Below, one piece after another: positions 18,960-27,696 of a DNA stretch of 49,768 nucleotides. The position numbers and the translations under genes were made by a program. Every line of letters starts with the position of its first letter. The stretch's first letter is position 1. Source of the stretch: Acidimicrobiales bacterium (GTDB lineage: Bacteria > Actinomycetota > Acidimicrobiia > Acidimicrobiales > CADCSY01); the NCBI GenBank assembly GCA_040905815.1, contig JBBDQT010000053.1:1-49768 (forward strand), read 5' to 3'. The notes under the pieces are model-generated. The model saw nothing but the letters and a program-made list of their open reading frames with translations. It was not told where the DNA came from and did no database searches.

Positions 18960-19613
18960 TCAGCCCCGGAGCGCTCCGGCCACGGCGTCGATCGACCACG
19001 TCGGGGCGACGCCAGGGCACTGCAGGAGGTGGGCGGCGACCGCCTCCGTGGACCACCCGTGAGCCTCGGCGAGGCCGGCGCCCATCGTGCGGATGTAGGC
19101 GGCGCTCGGTGGTGCGACCTCGATGTCGTCGAGGGACCACGACGAGGTGATGGTGAACAACGGCTCCCCGTCGACGGCGCCGACGTGGGCCGACGTGCCG
19201 TACCAGCCCGGGCACACCTCGTTCCGACCTCGGGTGACGAGATCGCTGACGTCCACCGTGACCGAGCCTGGTGGCAGGCCGTTCTCCTGGGCGACGACAT
19301 CAGCGAGCTGCTCGACGGAGATGCGGTAGGCACGTCCCGGCGACCGACCGGGCGCCGCCGTGTCGAGGAACGCCACGGCGCCGTCCCATGCCGGCGAGCG
19401 GTGGGCGAGGTGCACCAGCCCCGGCAACGTGACCGCACGGTTCCCCGTCGGCGGGGTCGCATCCCGACAGCCCGGTTGCGCCCGCGCTGAGCCCGGCGGG
19501 GTGCCGCCTGTGAGGTAGCGGCGGAACCGGGCGACCGACAGGTTCGAGCCGTAGCACCCGTACCAGACGGCCCGCTTCGTGGGCGTCCCCGCCGGTGTCC
19601 CCGCCGAGCTCAC
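18960..19613 (-). CDS. conserved hypothetical protein with a gamma-glutamylcyclotransferase (AIG2/GGCT)-like N-terminus
   Basis: VWYGCYGSNLSVARFRRYL resembles the GGCT-fold YGSN motif; the remaining ~170 aa match no family I recognise. The GTG at 19613 overlaps the Fpg stop (GTGA). Confidence 0.6.
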   Translation of the reverse strand: MSSAGTPAGTPTKRAVWYGCYGSNLSVARFRRYLTGGTPPGSARAQPGCRDATPPTGNRAVTLPGLVHLAHRSPAWDGAVAFLDTAAPGRSPGRAYRISVEQLADVVAQENGLPPGSVTVDVSDLVTRGRNEVCPGWYGTSAHVGAVDGEPLFTITSSWSLDDIEVAPPSAAYIRTMGAGLAEAHGWSTEAVAAHLLQCPGVAPTWSIDAVAGALRG

Positions 19614-20521
19614 GTCGGCGCCGGCGCGCCCGCCCTCGGCCCGGACGATGCGGAGGAAGTGCCCGATGTGACCGCTCGCCGGGGCGGTCGGAGATGCCGG
19701 CGTGGCTGGCAGGCCGGGCAGGTCGTGGTGCCTCGGGCGGCGACCACGGAGCGCTCGAGCGGCGTGCCGCAGCGGGTGCAGGGTTCGCCGGCGCGGCCGT
19801 AGCAGTCGAGGTGTCGCTGGTGGGAGCCATTGCGGCCCTCGCCGTCGCGGTAGTCGCGCAGCGTCGTGCCGCCGTGCTCGATGCCCTCGGTGAGCACCTC
19901 CCGGATGGCGGCGTGCAGCGCTGCCACCTTCCCCGGCGGCACCTTCCTCGTGCCGGGGTGCACCCCCGCCCGCCAGCACGCCTCGTCGCAGTAGATGTTG
20001 CCGACGCCGGCCACCACCCGCTGGCTCAGGAGCACCGCCTTGAGGGGGGCGCCGGCCTTGCGCAGGCCGGCGGCGAGGTGCTCGGGCGTGAAGTCGCCGC
20101 CGAGTGGCTCCGGCCCGAGCCCGGCCAGGGTGGGCAGCGCGCCGTGCTCGCCGTGGGGCACGACCACGGTGCGACCGAAGCGTCGCACGTCGGTGAACGT
20201 GAGCACCTCGCGACCTTCGGGAACCTGAGCGGGTCCGAGAGACCACCACGCCCGGAGGTACGGCGACGGGACCGGCTCGGCGCCGGGCGTGAGGGCGAGC
20301 ACGCCCGTCATCCCGAGGTGCACGACGAGATCGAGGTCGTGGTCGAGCTCGGCGATCAGGTACTTGCCCCGCCGCCCCAACGAGGTGATCCGACCGCCGA
20401 CGGCGTCGACCGCGGTGGCGAACTTGGCGGAGGGGTGGGCGCCGGAGGCGACCACCTCGCGCCCCTCGAGGCGAGTCCGCAGCTGGCGGCAGATCGTCTC
20501 GACCTCGGGCAGCTCGGGCAC
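19610..20521 (-). CDS. mutM: formamidopyrimidine-DNA glycosylase (canonical-looking Fpg/MutM)
   Basis: N-terminal (M)PELPEVE, RRGKYL, HLGMTG, AGVGNIYCDEACWRAGVHP (H2TH), zinc finger CTRCG...CPACQ. A ~30-aa Pro/Arg/Ser C-terminal extension follows. Confidence 0.9.
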   Translation of the reverse strand: MPELPEVETICRQLRTRLEGREVVASGAHPSAKFATAVDAVGGRITSLGRRGKYLIAELDHDLDLVVHLGMTGVLALTPGAEPVPSPYLRAWWSLGPAQVPEGREVLTFTDVRRFGRTVVVPHGEHGALPTLAGLGPEPLGGDFTPEHLAAGLRKAGAPLKAVLLSQRVVAGVGNIYCDEACWRAGVHPGTRKVPPGKVAALHAAIREVLTEGIEHGGTTLRDYRDGEGRNGSHQRHLDCYGRAGEPCTRCGTPLERSVVAARGTTTCPACQPRRHLRPPRRAVTSGTSSASSGPRAGAPAPT

Positions 20522-20527
20522 GGGTCG

Positions 20528-21358
20528 CTATCCCTCGTCGGCGAGGAGCCGTTCGACGACCTGGGCCACGCCGTCGTCGTCGTTGGAGGCCGTGACCTCG
20601 TCGGCGACCGTTTGGACCTCCGGGTGGGCGTTGGCGACCGCGACGCCGTGACCGGCCCAGACGAGCATCGGCAGGTCGTTCGGCATGTCGCCGAACGCCA
20701 CGGTCCCGGCCGCGCCCGTGCCGAGGTCGGCGGCGAGGCGAGCGAGCGCGCTCGCCTTCGTGACGTCCGGGCCGGAGATCTCGAGCAAGCCGGTGCCCAC
20801 GCCCGAGTGCGTCACGGTGCACGACTCGCCCACCACGGCTCGCGCCGCGGCGACGAGCTCGTCGGAGGAGAGCACCTCGTGGCGGACGAGGAGCTTCACC
20901 ATCGGTTCGGCCACCAGCTCGTCGATCTCGGCGACGAGGACGTCGTCACGCACGCCGAAGTGCGGGATCCACCCTGGCTCGTGTCCGAAGAGCTGGCCCC
21001 GCTCGACGGCGAAGACGAGGTCTGGCACGGCCTCTCGCAGGGCGGCGACGACCTCGGCGGCGGCTGCCGGGTCGAGCGGGTGCTCCTCGACGACCCGTTC
21101 CTCGTGCAGGTCGTAGACGATGGCCCCGTTGGACAGGATGGCGAGCCCGCGGTGTCCGGTCTCGGCAGCCATCGTCGACATCCAGCGGGGTGGGCGGCCG
21201 GTGACCAGCACCACGCCGACGCCGGCGTCCTCGGCTGCGGCGAAGGCGCGCCTCGTCCGGTCGGACACGCTGCCGTCGCTGCGCACGATCGTGCCGTCCA
21301 GATCGGTCGCGACCAGGCGGAGGGGGCCGAAGGACGTCGGCTTGTCGGCGATCGGCAC
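20528..21358 (-). CDS. Cof-type HAD-IIB family phosphatase
   Basis: LVATDLDGTIV (motif I), LVTGRPPRW, AFGDMPNDLPML (motif IV). GTG at 21358 chosen; start uncertain. Confidence 0.8.
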   Translation of the reverse strand: MPIADKPTSFGPLRLVATDLDGTIVRSDGSVSDRTRRAFAAAEDAGVGVVLVTGRPPRWMSTMAAETGHRGLAILSNGAIVYDLHEERVVEEHPLDPAAAAEVVAALREAVPDLVFAVERGQLFGHEPGWIPHFGVRDDVLVAEIDELVAEPMVKLLVRHEVLSSDELVAAARAVVGESCTVTHSGVGTGLLEISGPDVTKASALARLAADLGTGAAGTVAFGDMPNDLPMLVWAGHGVAVANAHPEVQTVADEVTASNDDDGVAQVVERLLADEG

Positions 21359-21518
21359 CCGGTCGAGCGTACCGACGCTCCGCGCACGGCAGGATTGGCC
21401 CGTGGCCGAGACGTCGGAGGACCCTCGCGCCCGGCGCCCCGCCGGTCGCAGCTTGCGAGGGCTGAAGGGACAGCCCGTCGAGAAGCTCCTCACCCGCCGC
21501 AGCCCCGACGGTGAGGAC

Positions 21519-23639
21519 GTGCCCCGACTCGACAAGGTGGCCGAGAAGAAGCTCCAGGCGCTCCACTCCGTCGGCGTCGAGAACGTGCTCGACCTGCTGC
21601 TGCACTACCCGAGGCGCCACATCGACCGGACGAACCAGCGGACCATCGCGGAGCTGCAGGTCGGTGAGGAGTCCCTCGTCCTCGCCACCGTCGGGCGTTC
21701 CTCCATCCGCCAGATGAAGGGCCGGCGCACGCTCGTCGAGGTCGAGGTCCGTGACGCCGACGGAGGGCGAGGGACGTTGCGCTGCACGTTCTTCAACCAG
21801 CCGTGGCGCGCCAAGCAGCTCTCGACCGGCACGCGCGTGGTGCTGTTCGGCAAGGTCGAGGCGTTCAGGGGTCGGCTCCAGATGACGAACCCGGTCGTCG
21901 ACCTCGTCGGCGACCGGACGGGGAGGATCGTGCCGATCTACCCCCAGTCGGAGAAGGCGGCGCTCACCACCTGGGAGATCGGGGAGTGGGTGCAACAGGC
22001 GCTCGACCGGGCCGGGGCGTTCGCCGATCCCGTCCCGCCGGACGTCCTCCGGCGCCACGACCTCGTCGACCGGACCACCGCGATCCACGGGATCCACGCC
22101 CCCGCGTCCATGGGCGACGTCGCGATCGCCCGCAAGCGCCTCGTCTTCGACGAGCTGCTGCGGGTGCAGCTCGCCCTCGTCGCCCGCAAGCGCGAGATCG
22201 AGCGGACCTCGGTCGGGCACCGCCACGTCGTCGACGGAGAGCTCGTGCGCGCCTTCCAGGAGCGGCTCCCGTACGACCTGACCTCGGCGCAGCGGCGGGT
22301 GATCGCCGAGATCAGCGCCGACCTCGCGGCGCCGGTGCCGATGCACCGGCTGTTGCAGGGCGACGTCGGGTCCGGCAAGACGGTGGTCGCGGTCTCCGCC
22401 CTGCTCGCCGCGGTCGAGGGCGGCCACCAGGGCGCCCTCATGGCCCCCACCGAGGTGCTCGCCGAGCAGCACCACCAGGCCGTGACCGCGCTGCTCGAGG
22501 GGTTCTCTCTGACCGACGACGCCAACCTGTTCGGCTCCCGCCAGCTCTCCGTCGCCCTGCTGACGAGCCGGACGACCGCCGGTGAGCGCAAGGTGCTCTC
22601 CGCCGGCCTCGCGTCGGGTGAGGTCGACATCGTGATCGGCACCCACGCCCTGCTCGAGGACGCCGTCGCGTTCTCGAGCCTCGGCGTGGCTGTGATCGAC
22701 GAGCAGCACCGCTTCGGCGTCGAGCAGCGGGCGGCGTTGCGCGCCAAGAGCGGCCCGGTGCCCGACGTGCTCGTCATGACCGCCACGCCGATCCCGCGCA
22801 CCGCGGCGATGACCGTCTACGGCGACCTCGACGTCAGCGTCCTCGATCAGATGCCCCCCGGCCGCACGCCCATCCGGACAGCGCGGGCCCAGGGCCCGCT
22901 GCAGGAGGCGGAGGCCTGGGCGCACGTGCGGGCAGAGGTCGCCGAGGGTCGCCAGGCGTACGTGGTCTGCCCCCTCGTCGAGGGCTCCGACAAGCTCGAG
23001 GTCGCGTCGGCCACCGAGACCTACGAGGAGCTCGGCGGTGGCGAGCTGCACGGCCTGCGCCTCGGCTTGCTGCACGGGCGGGTGCCGGCGAGGGACAAGG
23101 AGCAGGTCATGGCCGCCTTCCGGGCCGGCGAGCTCGACGTGCTGGTGGCGACCACGGTGATCGAGGTCGGCGTCGACGTCCCGAACACCACGGTCATGGT
23201 CATCCTCGACGCCGACCGCTTCGGCATCGCCCAGCTCCACCAGCTGCGCGGCCGCGTGGGGCGGGGGAGCGCCGCCTCGGCCTGCTACCTGTTCGGCGAG
23301 TGCAAGGACGAGGAGGGACAGCCCACCGAGGCCGCCGCGCGTCTGGACGCGCTCGTCGAGTCGAACGACGGCTTCGCGCTCGCCGAGGTCGACCTCGAGA
23401 TGCGCGGCGAGGGCACGCTCATGAGCAGCCGCCAGAAGGGCCGCAACGACCTGCGACTCGCCTCCCTGCGCCGGGACCGCGACTGGGTGGTGAAGGCGCG
23501 AGAGGTCGCGTTCGCCCTCGTCGACGGGCCTGGCGGCCTCGACGCCCACCCCGGCCTCGCCGACGAGGTCGAGCTCCTCCTCGGCGGCGACGAGGGCACC
23601 GCCGAGGCCGAGCGCACCGACTACCTGCTCAAGTCGTGA
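21519..23639 (+). CDS. recG: ATP-dependent DNA helicase RecG
   Basis: Wedge/OB region, LLQGDVGSGKT (motif I), VIDEQHRFGV (motif II), TATPIPRT, QLHQLRGRVGRG. GTG at 21519 chosen by alignment of LDKVAEKKLQALHSVGVENVLDLLLHYPRR to RecG N-termini. Confidence 0.9.
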   Translation: MPRLDKVAEKKLQALHSVGVENVLDLLLHYPRRHIDRTNQRTIAELQVGEESLVLATVGRSSIRQMKGRRTLVEVEVRDADGGRGTLRCTFFNQPWRAKQLSTGTRVVLFGKVEAFRGRLQMTNPVVDLVGDRTGRIVPIYPQSEKAALTTWEIGEWVQQALDRAGAFADPVPPDVLRRHDLVDRTTAIHGIHAPASMGDVAIARKRLVFDELLRVQLALVARKREIERTSVGHRHVVDGELVRAFQERLPYDLTSAQRRVIAEISADLAAPVPMHRLLQGDVGSGKTVVAVSALLAAVEGGHQGALMAPTEVLAEQHHQAVTALLEGFSLTDDANLFGSRQLSVALLTSRTTAGERKVLSAGLASGEVDIVIGTHALLEDAVAFSSLGVAVIDEQHRFGVEQRAALRAKSGPVPDVLVMTATPIPRTAAMTVYGDLDVSVLDQMPPGRTPIRTARAQGPLQEAEAWAHVRAEVAEGRQAYVVCPLVEGSDKLEVASATETYEELGGGELHGLRLGLLHGRVPARDKEQVMAAFRAGELDVLVATTVIEVGVDVPNTTVMVILDADRFGIAQLHQLRGRVGRGSAASACYLFGECKDEEGQPTEAAARLDALVESNDGFALAEVDLEMRGEGTLMSSRQKGRNDLRLASLRRDRDWVVKAREVAFALVDGPGGLDAHPGLADEVELLLGGDEGTAEAERTDYLLKS

Positions 23640-23803
23640 CGAGCCTCCCGGGGCTCGAACGCACATGGCGAGGGAGGGGACATGACTGAGAGTCGTCTGC
23701 GGAGCGGCGTCTACCTCCCACCCTTCGGGCCGTTCGGCGTAGCGGCACTGCCGCAGCCGGCGATGGCAGGAATACAACGCATGTCGGGGTTCTCGCCACT
23801 CGC

Positions 23804-24010
23804 TCAGCCGTCCCGTTCCTCCGGGCCGTCCGGCAGCAGCAGGTCCCAGCGGTCGTGGCAGTCCCGGCACCGGTAGGTGACGAGATCGCCGGGCTGCCAG
23901 CCGAGCTCGGGCGGGAACGACGTGAGCCGGCACGGCCCGCCGCAGTCGATGCAGTCGATCTCCGGCTCCGGCTCGACGATCGAGCGGCGCTGGTCGAACG
24001 GGTCGCTCAT
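23804..24010 (-). CDS. small Cys-rich (zinc-ribbon-like) protein, function unknown
   Basis: 68 aa with two CxxC pairs: CIDCGGPC ... YRCRDCHDRWD. ATG at 24010. Confidence 0.55.
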   Translation of the reverse strand: MSDPFDQRRSIVEPEPEIDCIDCGGPCRLTSFPPELGWQPGDLVTYRCRDCHDRWDLLLPDGPEERDG

Positions 24011-24132
24011 CGGCTCACCACGCCCGGGACCGTACCGCCGGACACCGCCTTCGGCGCTTTCTGGACGCCGGACCAGCTCTGGCGAGGTCGATCGTCCAGA
24101 AACCGCGGCGCGGGCTCGCTACGGTCCCCGCT

Positions 24133-24657
24133 GTGCGGGTCGTGGCGGGGACGGCGAGGGGACGGCGGCTCGTCGCACCGGAGGGCACCGCCACGCGCCC
24201 GACGAGCGATCGGGTGCGGGAGGCCACGTTCAACGCCCTCACCAGCCTCGACGCCATCGACGGGGTCGAGGTGCTCGACCTGTTCGCCGGCTCGGGTGCC
24301 ATGGGGATCGAGGCGCTGTCGCGCGGAGCGGCCTCGGCCACGTTCGTCGACGATGATGGCCGGGCGCTCGCCGCAATCCGCGCCAACGTCGCTGCTGTGG
24401 GCTTCGACGACCGTTCCGAGGTCGTGCGGTCCGACGTCGGCCGGTTCCTCGCGGGGAGGGCACGTCGCGTCGGCCTCGCCGTGCTCGACCCTCCCTACTC
24501 GCTCGCGGACGGGGCGTGGGCGTCACTGCTCGTCGCCCTCGACGCCGACGTCGCGGTGCTCGAGTCCGACCGTGAGCTCGTGATCGGCGAGGCCTGGGAG
24601 ATTCTCCGGGTGCGCCGCTACGGCACTACCGTGGTCACGCTCGCAGCGAGCCGGTGA
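24133..24657 (+). CDS. rsmD: 16S rRNA (guanine966-N2)-methyltransferase
   Basis: RVVAGTARGRRL..P.G..TRPTSDRVREATFN, DLFAGSGAMGIEALSRGA, LDPPY. Confidence 0.9.
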   Translation: MRVVAGTARGRRLVAPEGTATRPTSDRVREATFNALTSLDAIDGVEVLDLFAGSGAMGIEALSRGAASATFVDDDGRALAAIRANVAAVGFDDRSEVVRSDVGRFLAGRARRVGLAVLDPPYSLADGAWASLLVALDADVAVLESDRELVIGEAWEILRVRRYGTTVVTLAASR

Positions 24658-24696
24658 ACCCGCACCCTTCGCACCCTTCGACCAGGAGACGACTCC

Positions 24697-25176
24697 GTGG
24701 CGACCGTGCTCTACCCAGGGTCATTCGACCCTTTCCACAACGGGCACCAGGAGCTCGTCGAGACGGCGTCGCACCTGTTCGACGTGGTCGTCATCGCCGC
24801 CATCCGCAACCCGCAGAAGTCGGGGATGCTGTTCGAGCTCGAGGAGCGCCAGGAGATCATCCGTGACACGCTCCGCCACCTCGACAACATCGAGGTCGTG
24901 GCCATGTCCAAGCTCGTCGTCGACGTGGCGAGGGACGTCGGCGCCGACTTCATCATCAAGGGGCTGCGAGCGGTGTCGGACTTCGAGAACGAGATGGCCC
25001 AGGCCCAGACGAACCTGACGATCTCGGGGGTGCACACGCTGTTCCTGCCGTCGGCTTCGGCGAACTCGTACTTGGCCTCCAAGTACATCCGCGAGATCGC
25101 CACGTTCGGCGGTGACGTGAGCGCGATGGTCTCCGACGACGTGGTCCGGCGACTGAAGGAGAAGTTCGGCCCGTGA
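24697..25176 (+). CDS. coaD: phosphopantetheine adenylyltransferase
   Basis: VLYPGSFDPFHNGHQELV, AAIRNPQKSGMLF, KGLRAVSDFE. GTG at 24697 with AGGAGA upstream. Confidence 0.95.
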   Translation: MATVLYPGSFDPFHNGHQELVETASHLFDVVVIAAIRNPQKSGMLFELEERQEIIRDTLRHLDNIEVVAMSKLVVDVARDVGADFIIKGLRAVSDFENEMAQAQTNLTISGVHTLFLPSASANSYLASKYIREIATFGGDVSAMVSDDVVRRLKEKFGP

Positions 25177-25763
25177 CGATCAGAGACGACGACGAGTTCG
25201 CAGCAGCCGGTGTCGGTGCCACCGACGTGGAGACGCTCCTCCGGAGGGTCGCGGACCTCGTCGGCAACGCCCGGCCCATGCCTCTGTCGGCGTCGGTCAT
25301 GATCAACCGCGACGAGGTGCTCGAGCTCGTCGAGGAGGCCGCCGACCGCCTGCCCGAGGAGCTCCGGCAGGCGCGGTGGCTGCTCCGCGAGCGCGACGAG
25401 TTCCTGGCCAAGGTCCAGGGTCAGGGCGACGACATCCTCGATCAGGCGCGCGTCCAGGCCGAGCGCATGGTGCAGCGCACCGAGGTCGTGCGTGCCGCGC
25501 AGCACACCGCCCGCCGCACCGTGGAGGAGGCCGAGGCCGAGGCGCGCCGCCTCCGCCACGAGGCCGAGGACTACTGCGACCAGAAGCTCGCCCAGTTCGA
25601 GATCGTCCTCGACCGCACGATGAAGACGGTCCAGGCCGGCCGGGCCCGCCTGCAGGGCCCGATCTCGGCGTCCGGCGAGGTGCCCGACGTCGTCAGCCCC
25701 CGGGCGGGCGACGATGACGTGGCCTCGGGGTCCGAGGCCGACTTCTTCGACCAGGACTCCTAG
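25173..25763 (+). CDS. conserved coiled-coil protein (ATP-synthase-b-like helical repeat), function unknown
   Basis: Long heptad-rich stretch ARWLLRERDEFLAKVQGQGDDILDQARVQAERMVQRTE...EEAEAEARRLRHEAEDYCDQKLAQFE. The GTG overlaps the coaD stop (GTGA). It sits upstream of DUF177, as in other actinobacteria. Confidence 0.65.
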   Translation: MTIRDDDEFAAAGVGATDVETLLRRVADLVGNARPMPLSASVMINRDEVLELVEEAADRLPEELRQARWLLRERDEFLAKVQGQGDDILDQARVQAERMVQRTEVVRAAQHTARRTVEEAEAEARRLRHEAEDYCDQKLAQFEIVLDRTMKTVQAGRARLQGPISASGEVPDVVSPRAGDDDVASGSEADFFDQDS

Positions 25764-25766
25764 CCG

Positions 25767-26282
25767 GTGGGCGCGACCCACCGACCGTTCGTGGTCAACG
25801 TCGCCGACCTGCTCCGCCGCTCCGGAACGGGCAGGGACGAGGTGCTCGAAGGTGCGCTCGACCAGCTCGAGGTCGTCGACACGCGAATGCCCGCGGGGTC
25901 GCCGGTGCGCATCGAGGCCCGGCTCGAGTCGGTGGGCGACGGCGTCGTCGCCAAGGGGCAGGTCGTCGCACCGTGGGAGGGGGAGTGCCGCCGCTGCCTG
26001 AAGACGGTCACCGGCACGCTCCGGAGCGACGTCCTGGAGGTGTTCGAGGCTGAGCCCAAGGAGGGCGAGACGTTGCTGCTCGACGGCATGACGATCGACC
26101 TCGAGCCGGTGGCACGCGAGGCCGTCCTCCTCGACCTGCCGCTCGCCCCGCTCTGCACGGAGGACTGCGAGGGGCTGTGCCCGAGCTGTGGCGTCGACCG
26201 CAACGAGGTCGCGTGCAAGTGCACCCCGCCGGCCGCCGACCCCCGCTGGGCCGGCCTCGAGGGCCTCACCTTCGACGAGTAG
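25767..26282 (+). CDS. yceD: YceD/DUF177 family protein (23S rRNA accumulation)
   Basis: C-terminal Cys cluster CRRCL ... CTEDCEGLCPSCGVDRN..C.C. Located directly upstream of rpmF. Confidence 0.85.
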   Translation: MGATHRPFVVNVADLLRRSGTGRDEVLEGALDQLEVVDTRMPAGSPVRIEARLESVGDGVVAKGQVVAPWEGECRRCLKTVTGTLRSDVLEVFEAEPKEGETLLLDGMTIDLEPVAREAVLLDLPLAPLCTEDCEGLCPSCGVDRNEVACKCTPPAADPRWAGLEGLTFDE

Positions 26283-26427
26283 GCCGAACACGCTCGCACC
26301 TCTCGGAGCCACACCCGCCCGGTTTCCTTCTTCCGGGCGCCGCCCGGTAGCCTCACTCGGTCGTCCCGCCCTCCGTTTTCCGCCGTGCCGGGCGCCGCAC
26401 CGCCTCACAACGCAGGAGAAGCCGGCC

Positions 26428-26607
26428 ATGGCCGTCCCCAAGAAGAAGACGAGCAAGGCCAAGAGCCGCAGCCGCCGGGCATCCGCCTGGACCCTGGACG
26501 CGCCGCCCCGCAGCGTCTGCCCGCAGTGCTCGGCCGCCAAGCTCCCACACGTCGTGTGCCCCGGTTGCGGTTGGTACGGCGGTCGCCAGGCGATCGAAGT
26601 CGAGTGA
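26428..26607 (+). CDS. rpmF: 50S ribosomal protein L32
   Basis: MAVPKKKTSKAKSRSRRASAW...CPQCSAAKLPHVVCPGCGWY. AGGAGA lies 8 nt upstream of the ATG at 26428. Confidence 0.95.
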   Translation: MAVPKKKTSKAKSRSRRASAWTLDAPPRSVCPQCSAAKLPHVVCPGCGWYGGRQAIEVE

Positions 26608-26611
26608 TCTC

Positions 26612-26671
26612 GGCCATCGATGATCCGATGGCCTGCCTCCCGGACGACCGGCGGAGCCGGATCGTCCTCCG
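26612..26671 (+). repeat. copy A of a ~59-nt double-hairpin intercistronic element
   Basis: 57/59 aligned positions are identical to 42387-42444. Hairpin 1 is GGCCATCG-ATGATC-CGATGGCC (26612-26633). Hairpin 2 is GGACGACCGG-CGGAG-CCGGATCGTCC (26642-26667, one bulged A). It begins 5 nt after the rpmF stop. Confidence 0.7.
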
Positions 26672-26715
26672 GCCGTGACCGACGGTCGCTGCGAGCTGGC
26701 GTACCCGCTTCCCTC

Positions 26716-27696
26716 ATGACGTTGCCGTTCGCGCTCGATGCCATGGGCGGCGACGCAGCACCTGGCGCCATCGTGGCCGGCGCCCGCCGCGCGGTCGCCG
26801 AGCTCGGCATCGACGTGCTCCTCGTCGGCCAGGCCGACGCGATCGCCGCCGCCGATCCGGGTGACCTCTCCGTCCTCGCGTGCAGCGAGGTCATCGGCAT
26901 GCACGACGACCCGGGATCGTCGGTGCGCACGAAGAAGGACTCCTCGCTCGTACGGGCCGCTGAGGCGGTCAGGGACGGGCGCGCCGCCGCCATGGTCAGC
27001 GCCGGCAACACCGGCGCCACCATGGCCTCGGCGCTGCTGCGCATGGGTCGGATCAAGGGCGTGAAGCGGCCGGCGATCGCCACCCCGATCCCGGTGCCCG
27101 GCACCACCCCGACCGTGCTGCTCGACGCGGGCGCCAACGCCGACTGCCAGCCCGAGTGGCTCGTCCAGTTCGCCCAGATGGGATCGGTCTTCGCCCGCTC
27201 CCGCTTCGGCGTGGACGCGCCGCGCGTCGGCCTGCTCTCGATCGGCGAAGAGGAGACGAAGGGGAACGCCCTGGTCAAGGAGTCGCACGCCCTCCTCGCC
27301 GAGGCACCCGGCGTCCTCTTCATCGGCAACGTCGAGGGCCGCGACGTCATGAGCGACGACGTCGACGTCGTCGTCACCGACGGCTTCACCGGCAATGTGG
27401 TCCTGAAGACGCTGGAGGGCGGCGTCCGCTTCGTCCAGGGAAAGATCCTCGAGGCCGCCGCCTCCACGCCCGAGCGGGCGGCCGCCTTCGAGATCCTCTG
27501 GCCGGCACTGGAGCCACTCGTGCAGGAGCTCGATCCCGACACCTACGGCGGTGCCATGCTGCTCGGCGTCGACGGGGTGTGCATCATCAGCCACGGATCG
27601 AGCTCCGAGCGGGCCGTGGTCAACGCCCTCGGCGTGGCCCGGGAGATGGTCGTCGCCGACCTGGTCGCGGCGTTGGCGGCAGCGGTCGCCGCCTGA
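26716..27696 (+). CDS. plsX: phosphate acyltransferase PlsX
   Basis: FALDAMGGDAAP, GMHDDP, AMVSAGNTGA, VVTDGFTGNVVLKT. ATG at 26716 rather than the ORF-track start 26620, which lies inside the repeat. Confidence 0.9.
   Translation: MTLPFALDAMGGDAAPGAIVAGARRAVAELGIDVLLVGQADAIAAADPGDLSVLACSEVIGMHDDPGSSVRTKKDSSLVRAAEAVRDGRAAAMVSAGNTGATMASALLRMGRIKGVKRPAIATPIPVPGTTPTVLLDAGANADCQPEWLVQFAQMGSVFARSRFGVDAPRVGLLSIGEEETKGNALVKESHALLAEAPGVLFIGNVEGRDVMSDDVDVVVTDGFTGNVVLKTLEGGVRFVQGKILEAAASTPERAAAFEILWPALEPLVQELDPDTYGGAMLLGVDGVCIISHGSSSERAVVNALGVAREMVVADLVAALAAAVAA

Noticed and set aside
24662-24679. Tandem 9-nt duplication GCACCCTTC-GCACCCTTC between rsmD and coaD
   Set aside because: Only two short units, most simply replication slippage, with no further copies seen.
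26620-26715. ORF-track N-terminal extensions beginning MIRW for plsX (26620) and rimM (42394)
   Set aside because: The shared MIRW comes from the repeated element. A 1-nt indel puts the two copies in different frames downstream, so no conserved peptide is encoded. The family N-termini begin at 26716 and about 42481.
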